The position numbers and the translations under genes were made by a program. From Candidatus Latescibacterota bacterium (GTDB lineage: Bacteria > Latescibacterota > CBDEFO01), in assembly GCA_965248755.1 (NCBI GenBank), contig OZ252149.1, positions 704,001 through 768,000 of the forward strand: a stretch of 64,000 nucleotides of DNA. Reading direction: 5' to 3'. This document shows positions 42,104 through 52,668 of the stretch, in pieces. The notes under the pieces are model-generated. The model saw only the letters and a list, made by a program, of their open reading frames with translations. It was not told the origin of the DNA and did not search any database. The number at the start of each line of letters is the position of its first letter. The stretch's first letter is position 1.

Positions 42104-42180
42104 TATATATTGAGTTAAACTAAAGAACACATTTCCAATGCGAATACTGAAACTATAGGTCAAACCAAAGGAGGCCGTAC

Positions 42181-42438
42181 TTGCCGCAACATAAGTCTGC
42201 TATCAAAAGGATGAAGACCAGTAGGGCTGCAAGAGCTAAAAACAGGGCGTCGCGCTCGACTCTAAGGACAGCTATTAAGAATGTCCGGACAGCCAATGCC
42301 AAAGAGGACGCCCAGAAGGCTCTCGCCGCCGCGATTCCCATAATCGACAAGATGGCTCAGAAGGGAATTATACACAGGAATACTGCTGCCAGAAATAAGT
42401 CCAGATTGACGAGACAGGTCAACGCTCTGGAGTCTTGA
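42181..42438 (+). CDS. rpsT: 30S ribosomal protein S20
   Basis: HKSAIKR, RSTLRTAIK, IDKMAQKGIIHRNTAARNKSRL. Confidence 0.97.
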   Translation: MPQHKSAIKRMKTSRAARAKNRASRSTLRTAIKNVRTANAKEDAQKALAAAIPIIDKMAQKGIIHRNTAARNKSRLTRQVNALES

Positions 42439-42654
42439 AAAATAAACCCGGAGAATTCGGCAGGAAAGAGTTCTTTGTCTTTGTGAAGACGGGCTCCCTT
42501 GTTTGTAATAAAAACACGATAGGGCATCGCGCAAACTTTTGCATCGACACCCTACCGTGCGAGGGAGGGATTACATTTATAAGACGCCTGTAGAGAAGAA
42601 TAGGTTCCCATAATTCTTGGGATAAACTTTGAAGGGACAAGATCAGTTCAGTTC

Positions 42655-42903
42655 TAGCACCCTCTGAGCTCCGCGACGCTCTGTGCGGCTAGAATTCCTG
42701 AGGAGTTCCGCAACGCAAGAATAAGCGATGAACCTCATGCCCTTTTCTATCCACATCTTCAGGCTTTCCACGTTTCTGTTGCGTATTCCCCGCCACCACT
42801 TTGTGCCTTTGACAGCTTACCAAGACCTTCCCGATGTGCTCTATCACTAACGGATAATCTATTTGGCCAAGAACTCCCAAAGAAATAGAAGGGTCGTTCA
42901 GGC
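42655..42903 (-). pseudogene. HpcH/HpaI aldolase C-terminal remnant
   Basis: GLNDPSISLGVLGQIDYP (cf. GPNDLSISLG.PGQ.DHP), then a shifted frame LKMWIEKGMRFIAYS. Confidence 0.6.
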
Positions 42904-43767
42904 CTATTGCTCCCCCAGTGTAAAGTTTTCAACGGGCGGTATATCGGGTCTCCCCGCTTTTACCCACGCTGTGTACCACAGAGACGCGATTGCCCAGACA
43001 GCCTGATTCAACCTGCTTTCGGCCAATTTCCCTGTCCGTTTCCACAGCGCTTCGTAATACTCGTTATCGTACTTGTCCGATACTTGCTTGGCTCCGTCGT
43101 CCGCTTTGAGGACAGGTTCTACTCCCTTCCACGATTCGGTCAGGATCTGGAACGCAAACTCCACAGGGTCATCCACAAATACAACTTCGTCAGTACTCAG
43201 ATCCAAATCGGCTATATGCCTGTCGATCATCTCCACTTCGAACCTCTTGTGGATGCCCTCATTTCCCGTAAGTTGTCCGTTGTAGTTTTCGGTGGCGTGA
43301 AGAGGCTGGCAGGCATCACAGACGTAGTGCCCTAATACCGAAGCCAGCCACGCTGTATGGAGCCACCAACTGTGCTTCATTGACTCTGAGAGCCTCTCTG
43401 TGTACTCTCCCACAGCCCAGGCGAGGAGTCCCGCCTTGTTCAACTTTTCCCTTCCGAACTTCTTTATAGCCTCGTCCTTGTCTCTGGGAGCGTTTTTGAA
43501 AGGATACTCGTCCAGCATATCCAAATCCATGTAGTGCCGGTTCTTGTCCTCTGTGTATATATATTTTAGGAAATCCAAGTCCGAAGCGTGGTCCCCCAAA
43601 AACTCGGCGTAGCTTTTAAAGGCCGACATCTCATCGGGCAGAGAAAGCACAGCCTTTCTATTTATAAGCCTGTGTGTGTTGTACCCCCAACCGTAAGCTG
43701 TCCCACAAAAGATAAAACATAGCCCTAAAAGAACTGCAAATGATAATGTCCTGGTATATGTGTTCAT
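42904..43767 (-). CDS. S1/P1 nuclease / zinc-dependent phospholipase C family, secreted
   Basis: Signal peptide then WG..TH, HYMD, GHYVCDACQPLH, IH.RFE zinc ligands. Confidence 0.88.
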   Translation of the reverse strand: MNTYTRTLSFAVLLGLCFIFCGTAYGWGYNTHRLINRKAVLSLPDEMSAFKSYAEFLGDHASDLDFLKYIYTEDKNRHYMDLDMLDEYPFKNAPRDKDEAIKKFGREKLNKAGLLAWAVGEYTERLSESMKHSWWLHTAWLASVLGHYVCDACQPLHATENYNGQLTGNEGIHKRFEVEMIDRHIADLDLSTDEVVFVDDPVEFAFQILTESWKGVEPVLKADDGAKQVSDKYDNEYYEALWKRTGKLAESRLNQAVWAIASLWYTAWVKAGRPDIPPVENFTLGEQ

Positions 43768-43770
43768 TTT

Positions 43771-45069
43771 TTATGTGCGCCCGGAAACTCGTATGCCCTC
43801 TTCTTCGTCAACAGACGCTAAAATCAAACTACCCGTTACAAAAAAGAGGAGAACGACAGACATACCTGCCCTCTGGGAACCGAATATTTCCACGAGGAGG
43901 CCCAAAAGAAACGGTCCCAAAAACGCCGTGGCCTTTCCCGAAAAGGAGAAGAAACCGAAAAACTCAGTCTCCTTATCGAGCGGAACAAAGCGTCCCATAA
44001 GGGAACGGCTGGCCGCCTGGTTGGGACCTACGAAGATGGCCAAGATTATCCCGGCCGCCCAGAATACAATTTTGTTAGGAGCAAATACCGCCATAGCGGA
44101 AGATAAAATGAGAAAAAAAAGACTGATCTGAATGGTCTTCTTCCCTCCGAGAACATCATCCATAAATCCCATAACCAAAGCGCCGATTGCGGAAGCGATG
44201 TTCAAAACAATGCCGAAGATCAGGATATCTTTAGGAGTAAAATCGAAAGTCCCTGCCGCATAGATAGTGCCAAAGACGAAAATCGTGATCAACCCGTCGT
44301 TGTACATCAGGCGGGCGGCAAGAAATTTGACAATCTGCCGATACCGTTTAATTTCATGAAAAGTATCCACTAATTGTTTTATGCTGGAGGAGAAAATCTT
44401 TTCACCTCGTAGTGGTCGCACCACTTTTTTGACGATCCGGGATTTATCCTCTTTGACCCACAGGAAAATCGGAAGACTGAAGACCGTAAACCAGGCCGCC
44501 ACCAGAAGGTTGGCCGCCCTTATGTTCTGGCCGGCTTCCGTAGATAAACCGAACCACAGCACATCTGGCTCCATAAATCCAACCATGGCGATGAACATTA
44601 CCAGCAGACCACCTGCATATCCCAACGACAGACCGTAACCTGAGATGCGTCCTATCACCTCCGGCGGTGCGATGTCAGGCAGAAAAGCATTATAAAAGAC
44701 CGATCCCATTTCGACCGCGATATTCGCCACAACAAACCAAAAGAGCGCTTTTGAAATCTGCCCAGGCAGGGTGGTGTAGAGAATAACCGAACCTGTTACC
44801 GCAACGGCAGTTGTGATCAAAAGGAACAGTTTGCGATAGCCGCCGCGGTCCGCTAACGCGCCCATAAAGGGAGAAAGTAACGCAACTGTTATTCCTGTAA
44901 TGGCAACGCCCCAGGACCATAAAGCCATGCCCTCGATCTCATTGCCTACAATTTCCTTGACGAAATAGACGGAATACATAAAGGTCACCACTACCGTCGT
45001 GAACGAGGAATTTGCAAAATCGTACATGCACCACGAAAAGATGCTTAGCCTATTTGTCCCTTTTTGCAT
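43771..45069 (-). CDS. MFS transporter (Atg22/UMF1-like)
   Basis: SWCMYDFANSSF, FYNAFLP, YNDGL, QAASRSLM, EFFGFF...GK. Confidence 0.88.
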   Translation of the reverse strand: MQKGTNRLSIFSWCMYDFANSSFTTVVVTFMYSVYFVKEIVGNEIEGMALWSWGVAITGITVALLSPFMGALADRGGYRKLFLLITTAVAVTGSVILYTTLPGQISKALFWFVVANIAVEMGSVFYNAFLPDIAPPEVIGRISGYGLSLGYAGGLLVMFIAMVGFMEPDVLWFGLSTEAGQNIRAANLLVAAWFTVFSLPIFLWVKEDKSRIVKKVVRPLRGEKIFSSSIKQLVDTFHEIKRYRQIVKFLAARLMYNDGLITIFVFGTIYAAGTFDFTPKDILIFGIVLNIASAIGALVMGFMDDVLGGKKTIQISLFFLILSSAMAVFAPNKIVFWAAGIILAIFVGPNQAASRSLMGRFVPLDKETEFFGFFSFSGKATAFLGPFLLGLLVEIFGSQRAGMSVVLLFFVTGSLILASVDEEEGIRVSGRT

Positions 45070-45072
45070 CCC

Positions 45073-46404
45073 TCAATCCTCTTCGACCCAGAACGCGTTT
45101 TCGATGTGCTCTAACCTCTCTTTTTCACCCTTAAGATCTACAGTTATCACATCGAATCTGAGATCCACATCTGGCACGTTATTATTCTGCAAGAAGGCCG
45201 CAGCCACTTTCGCAATCCTCTTTTGCTTTTTCCTATCCACCTTCAGCTCTGGTGCCCCGAAAGCACCTGTCTTATCAGCTTTCACCTCCACAAATGCGAG
45301 AATATCTCCCTTTTTGGCTATTATGTCTATTTCTCCTTCGGCGGATCTATAGTTCCTTTGGACTATGCTGTACCCCTCCTTTTCCAGAAACTCTGCGGCT
45401 ATCATTTCCCCTTGGTTTCCTGTCTTCTTGAAAAAGTCCTGATATTTTCTATACATACCTCTCAACTCGGATAACTGATCTTTTGTAAGCTTCCCCTTTA
45501 CCTTCCCTATAGACGTTCCTATGTCTTCAAGCTCCGAAACACTTCTTGCCCTCTTAATCTTCTCTTTGAAAATAACAAAGTCCCTGGATTCGGGATTTTC
45601 CAAATCCCTTACTACTTGAAAAGAACGCCTGTGGATCTTGCAAGATCCGTATTGCCTGAGAGCATCTATGTGCCTTGCTGTCCCGTAGCCCTTGTGTTGG
45701 GCAAATCCGTATGCGGGGAATTTCCCCTCGTATTCGAGCATCGCTCGATCCCTCGTCACCTTGGCTATAACGGAGGCGGCCGCTATGGACATAGACAGGG
45801 CGTCGCCATCTACAACGGGCGTTTCGGGAAATCCCGTCTTTGGATGTATATTGCCATCTACAAGGATATGATCCGGTTTAACTCCCAGATTCATTACGGC
45901 GATCCTCATGGCCTTTAAAGCCGCCTGCAGTATCGAAGTGCTGTCTATCTCTTCGTTATCTACCGATCCCACACCTGTATATAGCGCAACTTCTTTGATA
46001 GTATCAAATAGCTCATCTCTTTTCGGGGGCGTAAGCTTCTTGGAGTCGTCCAATCCTGCGATGATTGTGTCCTCGGGAAGGATCACGGCCGCCGCTACCA
46101 CTGGTCCGGCAAGGGGTCCCCTTCCCGCTTCATCCACTCCGGCTATCAATTCCACTCCCCTATCCCAGAGTCTTTCCTCCAGACGCCGCATATTCTTCAG
46201 CCGCTCCCTCTCTGCAGTCTGACGCGCTATCATTTTCCGAAAGGATAGACCAAGTCTTCGCACCCCCGCCCTTGGATCCCTCTCTAATGCTTTCATAACT
46301 TGAGGTTTTATCTCATTCCATTCTGAAAGTATTGCCTTGATCCGGGGGATGGTAAGGGATCGAATATCTATACAATCATAAGACGCCATAGCAAATCCTC
46401 GCAC
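45073..46404 (-). CDS. rnhB: ribonuclease HII fused to a C-terminal YraN/UPF0102 endonuclease domain
   Basis: GVDEAGRGPLAGPV, DSKKL, DGN, SIAAAS.IAKVTRD, HKGYGT, HRRSF; then G..GE..AA..L, RNYR...GEIDII, FVEVK, RFDV, HIENAF in the same frame. Confidence 0.93.
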   Translation of the reverse strand: MRGFAMASYDCIDIRSLTIPRIKAILSEWNEIKPQVMKALERDPRAGVRRLGLSFRKMIARQTAERERLKNMRRLEERLWDRGVELIAGVDEAGRGPLAGPVVAAAVILPEDTIIAGLDDSKKLTPPKRDELFDTIKEVALYTGVGSVDNEEIDSTSILQAALKAMRIAVMNLGVKPDHILVDGNIHPKTGFPETPVVDGDALSMSIAAASVIAKVTRDRAMLEYEGKFPAYGFAQHKGYGTARHIDALRQYGSCKIHRRSFQVVRDLENPESRDFVIFKEKIKRARSVSELEDIGTSIGKVKGKLTKDQLSELRGMYRKYQDFFKKTGNQGEMIAAEFLEKEGYSIVQRNYRSAEGEIDIIAKKGDILAFVEVKADKTGAFGAPELKVDRKKQKRIAKVAAAFLQNNNVPDVDLRFDVITVDLKGEKERLEHIENAFWVEED

Positions 46405-46790
46405 ATAATTTACCGATCCACAGCTTTTAAGTCAAGCATAATCTCCCCTTTTATGAACGCTGGCTTTGGAGGATTTAACAGGGAGTGAACGGTTAACAGG
46501 TCTGTTAACCATCTGTGCTGTTTTGGCAGACATAACTGTCATTGCAACATCAAATATGTAATAATGGCAGTAGTATCGAGGTCTCTGTGATCTCTTTTTC
46601 CCTTATATTACTTTTGGGTAATACGTTAGGATATACATAAGTTATCGAACAAGCGATAACATCTCCAGTTCCTTTGGAACGGAATTTGCTTATTAATACT
46701 GTATTTGGAGATATATCCGTATAGTCTGTGAAGGAGTATATAGCAGACGTTAGGGTCTGCATAATCTATGCTTCAAAAGGGGAAATTGCG

Positions 46791-49190
46791 ATGATAGATG
46801 ACTCCAAAACAAAAGATCAAGATTCAGGGATAGCCGTAAAAGAACCCCTCTCTGGTCCGGTGAAGGAGTTCGGCGTCCTACCGGTACGAGGAATGGTTCT
46901 ATATCCCTCAATAATGTCAACTCTTACAGTAGGTCGCGAACGCTCGGTTAGACTGGTGAACGAAGTCATAGCCAACGACAGGACTATTGTAATAGTAACA
47001 CAGAAGGATCAGGATGTAGCGGAGCCCGCGCCCGATGATCTATACGATGTGGGTGTGATAGCTGAGATCGTGCGGATGCTGAGGATGCCGGACAATAACA
47101 TCCATATCCTTGTAAATAGCAAGGGAAAAGTAAGACTTAAGGAGTTTACGCAGACCGATCCCTATCTGAAAGCCTCCGTAGAGAAACTCTACGATATACC
47201 GGACGATTCTCCAGAAGTTAAAGCATTAGCTCGTAATATATCTTTGCAGTTCCAAAGGATAGTCTCCATCGTCCCGCACCTTCAGGACGAACTCCAAATA
47301 TCGGTGATCAATCTTGAGGACGAGCCTTCAAAGATGGCCGACTTTGTGGCGTTCTGGATGGTTAACATGGACGTTAATGAAAAGCAGGAGATTTTAGGGA
47401 CGTTGAACGTTAAGGAACGTCTCTCCAAGCTCACGATCCTGGTAAGCAGGCAGCTGGAGACGCTGGAAGCCGCATCTGAGATCCAAAGTCATGTGCAGGC
47501 TGAGATGGGCAAGCTGCAAAGGGAGCACTATCTAAGGGAGCAGCTCAAGGCTATACAAAAGGAATTGGGCCAGGGGAACGAGCAGGAGATGGAGATAGAG
47601 GAGCTGAGGCAGAAGATAGAGGCCGCCGGGATGTCCGAGGAGGGCAAGAAGGAAGCCGAAAGGGAGCTGAACAGACTAACAAAGATGTCTCCCGCTGCTG
47701 CGGAGTACACTGTGGCAAGGACGTATCTGGACTGGCTGATCTCCCTGCCCTGGTCAGTTTCTACAGAGGATAATCTGGACATTAAGGGTGTCAAGCGCGT
47801 GCTGGATGAGGATCACTACGGCCTTGAGAAGGTAAAGGAGCGGATATTAGAATATCTGTCCGTTCGAAAGCTAAAGCCAGATACCAAGGGTCCCATCCTC
47901 TGCTTTGTCGGACCTCCGGGCGTAGGAAAAACTTCCCTGGGAAGGTCCATAGCCAGAGCGTTAGGGAGAAAGTTCATCAGGATCTCGTTGGGGGGCGTAA
48001 GGGACGAGGCGGAGATCAGAGGTCACAGGAGAACCTATATAGGGTCCCTGCCCGGAAGGATCATACAGAGCATAAGGAAGGCCGAATCCAATAACCCGAT
48101 CTTCATGTTAGACGAAATAGACAAAATGGGTGCAGATTTCAGAGGTGACCCCTCGGCGGCGCTCTTAGAGGTTTTGGACCCTGAGCAGAACTTTTCGTTC
48201 TCCGACCACTACCTGGACGTTCCCTTCGACCTTTCCAAGGTTATGTTCATAACCACTGCCAACCTCCTTGCGCCGATTCCTCCGGCATTGAAAGACAGGA
48301 TGGAAGTTATAGAGCTGCATGGATATACAGCACAGGAAAAGGTCCGTATAACGCTGCATCACCTGATACCGCGGCAATTGAACGAACACGGCATTAACAA
48401 GGAGGATCTCAAGCTGAGCAAGCAGGCTATCTTAACGATGATAGGGAACTACACGCGCGAGGCTGGATTGAGGAACATCGAAAGGGAGATCGGGGCTATA
48501 TACAGAAAAATTGCAAAAAGGAAAGCCGAGGGAGAAAAGGGCCCATTTAAGGTGGGAAAGAACGACCTCCACAAATACCTGGGTCCTGTCAGATTCTTTT
48601 CGGATGTAGCCGAAAGGGTCAGCGACCCTGGGGTCGCCACCGGATTGGCATGGACTGAGTCAGGAGGGGATATTCTGTTTGTTGAGGCTACGAAGATGAA
48701 GGGGAACAAGGTCTTGACCCTCACAGGCCAACTCGGAGACGTAATGAAGGAATCGGCCGAGGCGGCTTTAAGCTACGTGAGATCGAAAGCGGTGGATCTG
48801 GGCATAAACGAGGATTTCTTCGAAAAGAACGATATTCACATCCACGTGCCAGCAGGAGCTATCCCCAAAGATGGACCCTCTGCCGGAGTTACCATAGTGA
48901 CGGCTTTAGTTTCCCTTATGAGGGGTCATCCTGTAAGATGGGACGTGGCCATGACCGGAGAGATCACGCTGAGGGGAAAGGTCCTACCGATAGGGGGAGT
49001 CAAGGAGAAGGTGCTTGCGGCTCAAAGGGCGGGCATAACGACCGTCGTACTCCCCAAGAAGAACGAAAAAGACCTGGAGGATGTGCCCCAGAATATCAAA
49101 GGCAAGATGACGTTCATACTTGCCGAAAGTATAGATGATGTCCTTAAGGCCGCATTCAAGATCCAGATATTCGAAAAAGAGGTAGCGTAA
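46791..49190 (+). CDS. lon: ATP-dependent Lon protease
   Basis: GPPGVGKTS, RGHRRTYIG, LDEIDK, PKDGPSAG, TGEITLRG..LPIGG.KEK. Confidence 0.97.
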   Translation: MIDDSKTKDQDSGIAVKEPLSGPVKEFGVLPVRGMVLYPSIMSTLTVGRERSVRLVNEVIANDRTIVIVTQKDQDVAEPAPDDLYDVGVIAEIVRMLRMPDNNIHILVNSKGKVRLKEFTQTDPYLKASVEKLYDIPDDSPEVKALARNISLQFQRIVSIVPHLQDELQISVINLEDEPSKMADFVAFWMVNMDVNEKQEILGTLNVKERLSKLTILVSRQLETLEAASEIQSHVQAEMGKLQREHYLREQLKAIQKELGQGNEQEMEIEELRQKIEAAGMSEEGKKEAERELNRLTKMSPAAAEYTVARTYLDWLISLPWSVSTEDNLDIKGVKRVLDEDHYGLEKVKERILEYLSVRKLKPDTKGPILCFVGPPGVGKTSLGRSIARALGRKFIRISLGGVRDEAEIRGHRRTYIGSLPGRIIQSIRKAESNNPIFMLDEIDKMGADFRGDPSAALLEVLDPEQNFSFSDHYLDVPFDLSKVMFITTANLLAPIPPALKDRMEVIELHGYTAQEKVRITLHHLIPRQLNEHGINKEDLKLSKQAILTMIGNYTREAGLRNIEREIGAIYRKIAKRKAEGEKGPFKVGKNDLHKYLGPVRFFSDVAERVSDPGVATGLAWTESGGDILFVEATKMKGNKVLTLTGQLGDVMKESAEAALSYVRSKAVDLGINEDFFEKNDIHIHVPAGAIPKDGPSAGVTIVTALVSLMRGHPVRWDVAMTGEITLRGKVLPIGGVKEKVLAAQRAGITTVVLPKKNEKDLEDVPQNIKGKMTFILAESIDDVLKAAFKIQIFEKEVA

Positions 49191-49222
49191 ACAAGTAGAC
49201 AGGGTACTGCCTCCCTTACCTT

Positions 49223-49375
49223 GAGATTGGTTCCGCTTCTCGCATCTCCTGACAGGGTCTGGGCAAGTGCCCCTCGCGATGACAATAAGCAAAAGCCAAG
49301 TAATATCATTGCGGGTCCCTTGCGACCGTCATTCCGATCCCCGATTGAATCTATCGGGGATAGCGAAGCAATCTC
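49223..49375. repeat. pair of GTCATTGC-family elements after lon; the second carries a 21-bp palindrome at 49339-49359
   Basis: GAGATTG...CTCGCGATGAC and ATCATTGCG...GCGAAGCAATCTC. Confidence 0.8.
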
Positions 49376-49423
49376 ACCTGTACTGACTTAATATTTCCGA
49401 CAAATTTTGTCAAGATACTTAGT

Positions 49424-49704
49424 TTATTTTACACACGTTATCTCAGGTGGAAGATCCTCCAGGCAAATACTTCCCTCCTTACCCATCACAATGACCTGCT
49501 TGATGACGTTCTCCAACTCCCGGATTTACCCGGCCAGGAGTAGGACAAAAATGCCTGCATCACCTCTGACGATACCCCCTTAACCCTTCCACCTAACTCC
49601 TGATTGTATTTCTCAATAAAGTAATCGACAAGGAAAAAGGGAAGGTCCTCGATATGCTCGCGTAGCGGCGGCAGGACGATAGGAACGACGTTAAGGCATA
49701 AGAA
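49424..49704 (-). pseudogene. C-terminal part of a sigma-54-dependent activator split by IS1380
   Basis: LNVVPIVLPPLREHIEDLP...YSWPG / RELENVI...LEDLP; continues the FREDLF motif across the IS. Confidence 0.85.
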
Positions 49705-51330
49705 CCGACATTCCCCATATCACATTCATGAGGGATTATATTTCGATACATTCTTGTTTCTGAATTAATATTACCACTTTTACATTTTTCAACAAGTACT
49801 TTTTTCAATTAAAATAGTATTTTCCTCTGAATTATCACTTTCTTTGTGTTTAAATCCTCCAATTAGAGACACCTCTCCATCGACTCACAAAAAAATGTGG
49901 CAGTTTAAACAGAATAACATCGCAATCGTTCAATCCGGGATAATATTTCGGCAAATAACCTCTTGTCTATCCCAACCTCAGCCATTTGAAACGTAATATA
50001 TCCGCTGTGTCTGACAATCTTCGCTCCGATTTTGATAAATTTCACGAGGAGGCTGCGTAGTGACCAGTGTTTGATTTTCTTCGGAAGAACAAAACGTCGC
50101 AGGAAGTTGCCCAAGTTGTAAGCCAGAACAAACAGCCAGAGCCTCACCTGATTGGAGACGAAACGCTTGCATGAGAGTCGGGTCCAGTTCAGAGCATACT
50201 TGCCCTCCTTAATCCACTGCTCAGCTCTGCCACGGCCATTGTAGAAGTGTACCACGCCTTCTGGCTTGGCGCTCATGTTGGTCACGATAAATCCCACTCT
50301 TGGGAATAACTCCCCTTGGTGCCATTCAACCTTGGCGACCACTCGCCTCGATTGATCCCAACTGGCCGCTTTATATTGAAATTCATATAACGATACAATC
50401 GGTTTCCTCGGCGGTCGTCCAACTGGCCGAGTCAGCAGGTATCGTATCTTTTCATAGAGTATCTCATTTGCGGGAAGCCGAATGGCATACAAATAGCCGT
50501 TTCCCTCCAGATAATCATAAATCTCAGGCTTTGCGAATGCAGCATCGCCTCGAAAGTATTTCCTATTCTTCTTGCTCTCGTATCTCTTGACGATCGGTTC
50601 CAGAACTTCCTTCCAACGATCAGCACTGTGAACATTACCAGAGCGAAGTAGGACTCCTTCACAATCCCCGAACTGATTGAAGCAGAACACTGGATGAAAA
50701 CAGGTACATCCGAAATGACCGTTGTAAGCTGATCCTTCCTGCTGGCCATGTACCGGACTCTCCGAACTGTCCATGTCCAGAATGATTCGTTGATGCTGTG
50801 TTTTACTCATCGCTTTTTGAACCCACTTGCCATTGATATCTGACAAGTTTCTGAGATTGTCATGCTGAGTCAGTATATCAGTTTCAAAACGTCCTATCGT
50901 GTTGGAGCTGGCAGCTTGCCTGCCTTTGTCCTTCTTTCCGGTAATCGCTCGCATGACGGGATCAACGGATAATCGCTCGGCGTCATTTACATCTTCATAT
51001 CCTGCAAGACGGCTGTATATCGATTGACGCAGGAGAGTAGATATATCATGTTGGATATTACGGCCTGTGCGTTTATCGGTAAAAACCGCTGATACCGAAT
51101 CAAATAATCCCAGTGCGTAATCAAGGTCACGATACGCAAGAAGTCCACCGTTTGATGTCACCTTTGCACCATGAAATTCAAGCTTTATTCCTCCATCAAA
51201 ACCTACTTTGATTCTTTCACCCTCTGGATGATCAATATTTATCCGCCATTTATGAGTCTTATTTATTGTAATATAACATGTTCTGGCGACTTTGACAACC
51301 ATTTTTCGGGTCTAATATGGCGAATGGGGG
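49705..51330 (-). mobile_element. IS1380-family element, 1626 bp, with 5-bp target duplication AAGAA
   Basis: IRs CCGACATTCCCCATATC vs rc CCCCCATTCGCCATATT (13/17); AAGAA at 49700-49704 and 51331-51335. Confidence 0.92.
49905..51302 (-). CDS. IS1380-family DDE transposase
   Basis: F.G..VTS.GGLL, GYEDVND, LDMDSS, RGDAAF, FYNGRG.AEQWIKEGK, LAYNL; true start may be somewhat downstream. Confidence 0.93.
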   Translation of the reverse strand: MVVKVARTCYITINKTHKWRINIDHPEGERIKVGFDGGIKLEFHGAKVTSNGGLLAYRDLDYALGLFDSVSAVFTDKRTGRNIQHDISTLLRQSIYSRLAGYEDVNDAERLSVDPVMRAITGKKDKGRQAASSNTIGRFETDILTQHDNLRNLSDINGKWVQKAMSKTQHQRIILDMDSSESPVHGQQEGSAYNGHFGCTCFHPVFCFNQFGDCEGVLLRSGNVHSADRWKEVLEPIVKRYESKKNRKYFRGDAAFAKPEIYDYLEGNGYLYAIRLPANEILYEKIRYLLTRPVGRPPRKPIVSLYEFQYKAASWDQSRRVVAKVEWHQGELFPRVGFIVTNMSAKPEGVVHFYNGRGRAEQWIKEGKYALNWTRLSCKRFVSNQVRLWLFVLAYNLGNFLRRFVLPKKIKHWSLRSLLVKFIKIGAKIVRHSGYITFQMAEVGIDKRLFAEILSRIERLRCYSV

Positions 51331-52400
51331 AAGAAGAGATCCTCTCTGAACGTCCCTTCTTTCACAGCCAGTTTGAGATCCCGGGTTGTCGCAGCGATCA
51401 AGCGCACGTCAACCCGGCGAACCTGGGTCTCCCCGACTCGACGGATCTCCCCCTTCTGCAACACATGCAGCAGCCGGGTCTGAAGTTCCAGCGGTGCATT
51501 GCCGATCTCGTCTAAGAATATCGTCCCACCATCCGCCACTTCAAAGAGACCCTTCTTGTAGCCGAACAGTTCACTCTCCCAGAGCCCCTTCGGCATCACC
51601 CTACAATCCGCAGTCAAAAAGGGCTTATCCCGCCGGGGGCTCCGATCATGGATCACCCGGGCGACCAGCCCCCTCCCTGTCCCACTCTCCCCCAACAGCA
51701 GAACAGTTACTTCTCGCTGGACAGCGCGTTCGATCTGCAGGGCAACCCCCCGCATTGCCTGGCTCTGCCCGATTGTATGCTCCAGCTCTAATCGTATCTG
51801 AAGCCGTCGATTTTCCGCTATAAGCTCCTCGTGGAGTCCCGCGTTATCGATACCGATGGCTGCCAAGTCTGCAAAGATTGTGAATACCTTCAAATCCTCA
51901 TCGTCGAAGAACTGTCCACCTCGCTTGTTGAGTACCTCCAGGACGCCGAAGATCTTCCCCTTGACCTGCAGCGGCACAGCCAGGACCGAATGGGTCTTGA
52001 ACCCCGTCATCTGGTCAATACTCTCCAAGAAGTGCTTGTCTTGCCGGACGTCTGTGACGATCCTAGGCTCCCCTGTCTCGGCAACCAATCCTGCGATTCC
52101 CTCACCCTTTTGGAACCTCTTATCCTGCACCTCTTGCCCCTTCAGTCCTGTGGCTATCTTAATGACCAACTCGTCCGATATCTTATCCAGAAGGATAACA
52201 GACCCAGCCTCCGCGTCCATCGCCTTAGTTGCCCACTCCAGGGTCAACGGCAGAACTTCCTCTAAAGCGAGTGAGGAGGTGATCAGCTGGGCTACCTCCA
52301 TTAGCATAGCCTTCCGGTGGTCAATCCCAACTTCTCCAGCAGGCGATAGCTTCCCGACCGACCTCCTATCAGCTTTTAACTGTTCCTTTGATTCGGTCAA
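51331..52400 (-). pseudogene. GAF plus AAA+ sigma-54-dependent activator, N-terminal part (degenerate)
   Basis: GAF domain; GESGTGRGLVA (Walker A K to R), ESELFG with the GAFTGA loop deleted, FLDEIG, RLIAAT, FREDLF. Confidence 0.85.
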
Positions 52401-52668
52401 ACAGCAATCCCCTTATTGAAGGCTCATCCTGTTGCCATACCACCAACAGGCTCTTTACTCGGATCAGGAAACACCTCAAACAGCTACTGACCACCAATAT
52501 ACGACAATTCTAACTCTTTTCCAACCTTTTTTGATCATATATATATACTTAACAACTATTTAGTATTTATCAACTATTCTACAATAGTGTCATATGTGAT
52601 GAAGATGAGAGGAATAAGGTTGTTCAGGTTAGAGATCTTTGGTGGAAAAGGTGGTATGTTTCCAAAGT

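Noticed and set aside
49640..49704. attC-like look (GCGGCGGC...CGTTAAGGC)
   Set aside because: It is the coding sequence LNVVPIVLPPLRE of the split sigma-54 activator on the minus strand
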